A DNA stretch of 32,000 nt from Promethearchaeum syntrophicum (lineage in GTDB: Archaea; Asgardarchaeota; Lokiarchaeia; Sigyniarchaeales; Promethearchaeaceae). Shown piece by piece: positions 27,403-32,000 of the stretch (within the stretch, counting starts at the first letter, position 1; the number at the start of each line of letters is the position of its first letter). The DNA lies in the NCBI RefSeq assembly GCF_008000775.2, contig NZ_CP042905.2, positions 4,080,001-4,112,000 of the forward strand, read 5' to 3'. The position numbers and the translations under genes are program-made. The notes under the pieces are model-generated. The model was not told where the DNA came from, ran no database searches, and saw nothing but the letters and a program-made list of their open reading frames with translations.

Positions 27403-28563
27403 ATGGAAATTGAACTAAGTAGAAGAATTGAAGTCCAAAAATATAAAGTTATTTTGGATATTGGTATTAAACAACCTCGAACAGATATTATAGCAGTACT
27501 TAAAATTGCTTCTCACTACGGAAATCAAATTAACGAAAATATTATTTGTAACGAATTTATTTTTCGGAATAGCACCACTATTGCTCAGCGAATTCTCAAA
27601 CGGTGCCAAGATTTTGGTGTCTTAGATGAGAATAACCGATTAACTGAAGATGGATTAAATGCTCTTTCCGATGAAAGAATTTATCATCCAAAAACAGGAG
27701 TTTATCATATCTGGATTACTCAAGATCCATTAATCCCTAAAAAATTGTTGAATTTGGAGTTAATTGATGAACAAATAAATTTCAGAAATGAATTTAACGC
27801 AGAAAATCCTCGTAGAGGGAGAACAGACCTTAACCAATCAAACCCAGAAAATTCATTAGAACCGTCAAACATCATAGATCTCCCAGAATGGATCTTAGAG
27901 ATTACTCGAGAATCAAATATTATTCTCTACGATGAAATTCAGCGGGAAGTTAGAATCGAATCGATTGAAGAAAAGGTGGAATCTTTATCAGAATATGAAG
28001 AATTACATGTAAAAGTTCGCATCAATGATTCTGGGTGTTCAATAACCCTAGATGGGCTATTCCACAATACTCGCACCATTTCCGAATTTCCTGTATTTAG
28101 AATTGTATGGAATGAATTGATGGGGGAGAATATTAGGAATTGGAATTGGGATAATTTTAAATTTGCAAAACATTTTGAAGGGTTGAATGAAACGGAAAAA
28201 AAGACATTTCTAACACAAATTCATTTTGAAAACCCCTCAATTACGGGATATGGGGCGTTTGATCCAATATCAATGCAAAGGATAAAAGTTGAGCCATTTA
28301 ATCATGATGAAGCAGTAATATGGGCAAATTGGTTATTTAAACAAGATATTACTAAATATTTATTCATTAAAACATATAATGAACTAAAGAGAAGCATCCA
28401 AGCAAAGTTTCCAAAATTCACTATTGAATTTCCTACTAGAGAAGATTTTAGAACAGATCTTGAAGATCTTCAAGAACAAAAGGAAATCCCAGATGTTTTT
28501 TGGTATTCAAATGCACCCTTAGATTTGATTCCAATTAATACAAGCATAGAGGAGGAAAATTAA
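27403..28563 (+). CDS. Hypothetical protein, 386 aa, possibly with an N-terminal wHTH
   Basis: ORF lying between the helicase and PLD genes, with an 18-nt gap upstream and a 1-nt gap downstream. TIAQRILKRCQDFGVLDENNRLTEDG is wHTH-like. The rest is unrecognised. Confidence 0.6.
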   Translation: MEIELSRRIEVQKYKVILDIGIKQPRTDIIAVLKIASHYGNQINENIICNEFIFRNSTTIAQRILKRCQDFGVLDENNRLTEDGLNALSDERIYHPKTGVYHIWITQDPLIPKKLLNLELIDEQINFRNEFNAENPRRGRTDLNQSNPENSLEPSNIIDLPEWILEITRESNIILYDEIQREVRIESIEEKVESLSEYEELHVKVRINDSGCSITLDGLFHNTRTISEFPVFRIVWNELMGENIRNWNWDNFKFAKHFEGLNETEKKTFLTQIHFENPSITGYGAFDPISMQRIKVEPFNHDEAVIWANWLFKQDITKYLFIKTYNELKRSIQAKFPKFTIEFPTREDFRTDLEDLQEQKEIPDVFWYSNAPLDLIPINTSIEEEN

Positions 28564-28564
28564 G

Positions 28565-30121
28565 ATGTCAAAAAAAAAATCAGTAAAAGAACAATACCCC
28601 ATTGTTGAAAAATCTAAAAATCTACAGAATTCTGGTATTTTGCCCAATATTTGGGAGTTTCCAAAGAAAGAGAATTTTTCAGAAAGCTATAAGGAGTTTT
28701 ATTCTCCTGATTTGTGGTTTATTGGAAAAAAACGGGAATTTGAACATGCAATTGCTAAAGCAATTAGAAAAGCGAATGAATTGGTAATTATTTGTTCATT
28801 TCTCCTACAGGAGACAGAAATAATTAAAGCAGCACTTTCAGTATGCTCAAAAGCCAAGATTTATATCATAACTGCATCGGAAAATCGATTAAATTCTGCT
28901 AATCGTTCTGATGAAGGATTAGAAGAGGAAAAAATAAAAGATCACTTAGAACTCCTTCAAAAACTAAAGAAAAGAGCATTAATTCGCACAGCATCAAATT
29001 TTCACGCAAAATTTGTATTAATTGATCCAAAACATAAAAATCAACGAAAGGGCTTTCTCTCGACTGCCAATTTAACACAACACGCATTGGCAAATAATGT
29101 CGAAATGGGAATAGGTTTAAATAGTGGACAAATAATAGATTTATTTAACCTCTTTTGCTCGGTTTTTTGGCATAAAAGTGAACATGAGCTGCTTACCCGT
29201 TCTCAATTACAGGTAACTCAATCCGTGCCCGTTCAAGAAATACCAGAACAAGTCATTTTGCAGCATATTATTTCCCCTGGCACAAATTTAGATTTTAAAT
29301 CTATGCTTAAGAAAACTATATCGGGTATCGAGGGAGATATATATCTCTCAGCCTATTCCATTGAAGAAAACAATGATATCTATACTCTTCTTCTTCAAGA
29401 ATTAGAACAAAATCCTAAAAGGAAGATCTCACTTTTCATCCGACCCCGAGAGAAGGTTATGCCTGTGCTTGCAAAGTTAAAAGATGCAGGGGCAGAAATT
29501 ATCGGGCACTCTTTACTTCATATGAAAGCTTTATTAATTGAAAATCCAGCAGAAAATTCTGGTCTTGTATTCACTGGAAATTTAACTGAACAGAGTTTTT
29601 CCGAGAGTTTTGATATTGGTCTCTTTTTAAATTCAAACCAGAAACAAATAATCATGTCTATATTGAAATCATGGAAATCCAAATATATGATGAATTACCT
29701 TGGCGATAAACCAATACATAATATGGCAGCAAGGAGATATCAAATTTGGAATCCAGACAAAATGAAAATTGATGTAAAAGAACAAGAAGTAGAAGATTTA
29801 GGTGATATTGATGGGGAAAATCTAGATAATTACAAAAATTTTGAGCCAGCTTTGAATTTTCCTCAAAAATATCAGGAGACTGTGAAAAATATCAAATTTA
29901 TTTGGAGAAATAATCCCCCTCATTTACCTTCTAAAGCACAAGCCTTGGAAATTTTACCTGAGAAGGAGTTTAAGCGATTGCCAGAAAAACTCCACAAAAC
30001 AATAGAACAAATAAAAATCTATAAGTTGGGAAATGAAATATATATAAGATTAGAAAATAATGAAGATCTGAATCTAATTAAAGAGATTTCGCATATTATT
30101 AATGCTAAAATTGTTATTTAA
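28565..30121 (+). CDS. Phospholipase-D superfamily nuclease with two HKD motifs
   Basis: HKD 1: FHAKFVLIDPKHKNQRKGFLSTANLT (HxKxxxxD ... GxxN). HKD 2: LLHMKALLIENPAENSGLVFTGNLT (HxKxxxxE ... GN). GGAGG lies 8 nt upstream of the ATG. Confidence 0.85.
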   Translation: MSKKKSVKEQYPIVEKSKNLQNSGILPNIWEFPKKENFSESYKEFYSPDLWFIGKKREFEHAIAKAIRKANELVIICSFLLQETEIIKAALSVCSKAKIYIITASENRLNSANRSDEGLEEEKIKDHLELLQKLKKRALIRTASNFHAKFVLIDPKHKNQRKGFLSTANLTQHALANNVEMGIGLNSGQIIDLFNLFCSVFWHKSEHELLTRSQLQVTQSVPVQEIPEQVILQHIISPGTNLDFKSMLKKTISGIEGDIYLSAYSIEENNDIYTLLLQELEQNPKRKISLFIRPREKVMPVLAKLKDAGAEIIGHSLLHMKALLIENPAENSGLVFTGNLTEQSFSESFDIGLFLNSNQKQIIMSILKSWKSKYMMNYLGDKPIHNMAARRYQIWNPDKMKIDVKEQEVEDLGDIDGENLDNYKNFEPALNFPQKYQETVKNIKFIWRNNPPHLPSKAQALEILPEKEFKRLPEKLHKTIEQIKIYKLGNEIYIRLENNEDLNLIKEISHIINAKIVI

Positions 30122-30209
30122 TATATAATAATCTAAACTTCCATGAAAAATGACTGGTCAAATTCAACATCAATTCCTTTATTACGATAATTATCTTTAA
30201 TTTATTTAA

Positions 30210-30986
30210 ATGACACTTATTGATGAGTATGCAAATCAGATATTTCCGCTTATCAGGAAATGCAAGAAATGTCGTAGGTTACGATTAAGGAATTTACCTC
30301 ATGAGTGTGCTTTGATTGGACAGAATTATGAACATTCACCAATCCGGTTATTGATTATTGGAAAGGCTCCAAATGCAGATAATGACACAAGAGAAGCTAG
30401 AGCAAATAATGAACTTCCTAAGGAATATTCTTCATATTCTCAATTTTTAACAGTAGAAGGTCTTCGATTTTCTGAATATGAACCTCTACACCATGCAGAT
30501 CACTACTGCACAATTTCAAATATTCTTTCCCAAATAACCAATCAATCTCCTCAATTTTCATTTACCATGGACAATATCACCTTTACAAATCTTACACATT
30601 GCTATAACAAAAGTAAAAAGAGGTGGAATGATCAAACTCAGGTAAAAAAAATGATCAAAAAGTGTAAACTGCACTTCTATCATGAATTCGAATTACTTAA
30701 ACCTCAATTAGTCATTGGCTTAGGCGAAGAAGCTAGAGAGTGTTTTATAAAACTGGGAAAAAACGAAAGCAATCATTTACTCACGATAGAATATCATGAA
30801 AAAATAAGAAATGCAGATTACTATTACACCCTTGATAACACGAGAAAATCATGCTTGTTTATGTCGTTTTACCATCCTTCTTATTTATCAACATATGGTC
30901 GTAATAAAAGAGCTGATTATCGGGCAGAATTTGACCAAAAAATATCTGTAATCGTTAATTTTCTTCGAAGAACTTCAACAAGATAA
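30210..30986 (+). CDS. Uracil-DNA-glycosylase superfamily protein, family-4-like with divergent motif A
   Basis: CKKCRRL plus later THC and KKC cysteines match the family-4 4Fe-4S pattern. LLIIGKAPNADND sits where family 4 has GE(G/A)PG. ITFTNLTHC ... LKPQLVIGLGEEA, and motif B MSFYHPSYLSTYGRN (compare FHPAYLLRN). Confidence 0.6.
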   Translation: MTLIDEYANQIFPLIRKCKKCRRLRLRNLPHECALIGQNYEHSPIRLLIIGKAPNADNDTREARANNELPKEYSSYSQFLTVEGLRFSEYEPLHHADHYCTISNILSQITNQSPQFSFTMDNITFTNLTHCYNKSKKRWNDQTQVKKMIKKCKLHFYHEFELLKPQLVIGLGEEARECFIKLGKNESNHLLTIEYHEKIRNADYYYTLDNTRKSCLFMSFYHPSYLSTYGRNKRADYRAEFDQKISVIVNFLRRTSTR

Positions 30987-31091
30987 AATTTCCTTCGTGA
31001 AATACTTAAAATAGGCGTAGCCGGCCGATCTCAATAGAGCGAGTGTTTGGACTGGAAAAGGTTTGTTTCCTTTTGGATCTTGAACAATTTT

Positions 31092-31298
31092 TTAATTTAA
31101 TTCATTCAAAATCTGACTTTCTGGAAAATTATCTATATTATTATTCGAAGTCTCTTCAAATTCGGATTTTTTCCTTGAGAATGTTAAATTTGGGAATTTT
31201 TGATCTATATTCAAATAAGAACGCAATGCATCAATAATTGGATAGTTCTCAGAAATTGAAAGGAAAGTGCCTTCCGAATCTAAATTATTATTTTTCAT
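31092..31298 (-). CDS. Possible small hypothetical protein, 68 aa
   Basis: This is only an ORF. It overlaps an equally long opposite-strand ORF (31043..31237), has no SD-like site and no recognised motif. Confidence 0.2.
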   Translation of the reverse strand: MKNNNLDSEGTFLSISENYPIIDALRSYLNIDQKFPNLTFSRKKSEFEETSNNNIDNFPESQILNELN

Positions 31299-31397
31299 TC
31301 ATATAAGGGGAGATTTTTTCCATTTTTATCCGCATAGTTCAGATTCTTAGAATCATTCAAAAAAAAAAAATTGGAAAAAAAATACCCTTTCATTAAA

Positions 31398-31565
31398 TTA
31401 CAATTTCTCTAGTTTTCTTTTTGCTCTTTTTGCTTCTTCTTCTAATTCACGTGCTTTTCTACGTAGTTCTCTCTCAGCAGCTTGAATTTTATATCTTTGA
31501 GATCGAAGCTTGCTTTGAGCTGATCTCAATTTGCTCCGATATGATGATGCATTGAAACGTACCAT
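31398..31565 (-). CDS. Small basic coiled-coil protein, 55 aa (not in the supplied ORF track)
   Basis: Hand translation gives MVRFNASSYRSKLRSAQSKLRSQRYKIQAAERELRRKARELEEEAKRAKRKLEKL. A TATA-like box lies 25 nt upstream of the ATG, consistent with a leaderless archaeal mRNA. Confidence 0.4.
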   Translation of the reverse strand: MVRFNASSYRSKLRSAQSKLRSQRYKIQAAERELRRKARELEEEAKRAKRKLEKL

Positions 31566-31590
31566 AATGATAGCTTAGATACAACACAGA

Positions 31591-31598
31591 TATTTAAA
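31591..31598 (-). promoter_or_regulatory. Archaeal-type TATA box (TTTAAATA on the minus strand) with a purine-rich BRE-like stretch upstream
   Basis: The minus strand reads ggagaggTTTAAATAtctgtgttgtatctaagctatcattATG, with 25 nt between the box and the ATG at 31565. Confidence 0.35.
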
Positions 31599-32000
31599 CC
31601 TCTCCAAATTATCGTCAACCTAGGCCTACATTTCGTTTCAATCCGACAAAATTATTACATTTAATTTAACTTCCAAAAGAAAAAGTATTGGGAATTATCT
31701 GGTCATAGAGGAAATAAGGTTTTCCAAAACATCACTAATCTAAAATGGGGTAGGCTTTTGAATCGTTTAATTGCATAATATTATAATATTATAATTTAAA
31801 TAATAAGAAGAAAAATAAAGAAATTCTCATAAAATTCTAATCCAATACCATTCCTTTCTTTGATTTTTTAGTCTTTGAAGATTTCTTGAAAGGTATTTTC
31901 TTTCTTTCCAGAATAAATATCATAAACGCAATATTTGCAGAATAAAAGGAAGTGATTTTCAAAATAAAGAAGTGGTATGGTGCATCTCCGATCCTAGCCA

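Noticed and set aside
25810-29093. Track ORFs 25810..26052 (-), 26265..26462 (+), 26424..26612 (-), 27415..27609 (-), 28602..28787 (+) and 28899..29093 (-)
   Set aside because: All are nested in the helicase, 386-aa or PLD genes, which have strong motif support. The nested ORFs have none.
28565-30121. PLD nuclease considered as the missing DrmC of the DISARM-like helicase at 696..6104
   Set aside because: It lies 22 kb away, separated by several unrelated modules. It is translationally coupled to its own helicase operon instead.
31000-31085. GC-richer patch (ggcgtagccggccgatctcaatagagcgag) and a nearby AAAAGG/CCTTTT hairpin, considered as a tRNA, a tRNA fragment (att site) or a terminator
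   Set aside because: I could not fold it into a cloverleaf. There is no T-arm GGTTCRANYC-type sequence and no matching D-stem. The hairpin stem is only 6 bp with no following T-run. It is worth a tRNAscan or Infernal pass but is not supportable by eye.
31043-31237. Track ORF 31043..31237 (+)
   Set aside because: It overlaps the equally weak opposite-strand ORF 31092..31298. It uses a non-ATG start (GTG) and has no motif. Only one of the two can be real, and possibly neither is.
31775-31810. ataatattataatattataatttaaataataag, considered as a meaningful tandem repeat
   Set aside because: This is low-complexity AT repetition, expected in DNA this AT-rich. It has no second copy elsewhere and no positional relation to a gene start.
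31837-31998. Minus-strand frame open to the window edge (…APYHFFILKITSFYSANIAFMIFILERKKIPFKKSSKTKKSKKGMVLD*), considered as the 3' end of a membrane-protein gene
   Set aside because: Only 53 codons are visible and there is no motif. It is plausible but not supportable without the sequence beyond position 32000.

Overview
The window is AT-rich and almost entirely coding. It reads as a densely packed immune (defence) island. The host looks archaeal: oligo-T tracts follow genes, a TTTAAATA box sits 25 nt upstream of a leaderless small gene, and a Csa3-type regulator is present. This cannot be proven from 32 kb, and a low-GC bacterium is not excluded. All homology calls below come from reading motifs by eye, with no database search.

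Modules, left to right:
1. A partial DNA methylase, translationally coupled to a 1802-aa DExH helicase / DUF1998 / Vsr-like nuclease fusion. It is DISARM-like but incomplete.
2. A minus-strand three-gene operon whose lead gene fuses a methyltransferase-like domain (atypical SEPY motif IV), a TaqI_C/HsdS-like recognition domain and a C-terminal HEPN domain (RNPSAH).
3. A minus-strand pair of unknown function, one member with a GIY-YIG-like core.
4. A TPR protein carrying a paralogous HEPN tail (RNPSDH), followed by a wHTH-Ser/Thr kinase.
5. A clear Gabija pair (GajA OLD-type ATPase/TOPRIM plus GajB UvrD-like helicase).
6. A decayed stretch holding a methylase fragment and an alpha/beta-hydrolase fragment.
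7. A prokaryotic viperin (radical SAM), tightly linked to a NYN/Zc3h12a-like RNase.
8. A Csa3-like CARF-wHTH regulator, divergent from a tightly coupled four-gene operon: stand-alone CARF-like protein, Upf1-like SF1 helicase, unknown protein, two-HKD PLD nuclease. This is a Mokosh-like core with CARF sensors and is my top candidate for an undescribed system.
9. A divergent family-4-like uracil-DNA-glycosylase-fold protein.

An 11-mer, ATGAAATGACA, with longer flanks recurs at least six times, only between modules or at gene ends. No rRNA, tRNA, transposase, integrase or CRISPR array was recognised.
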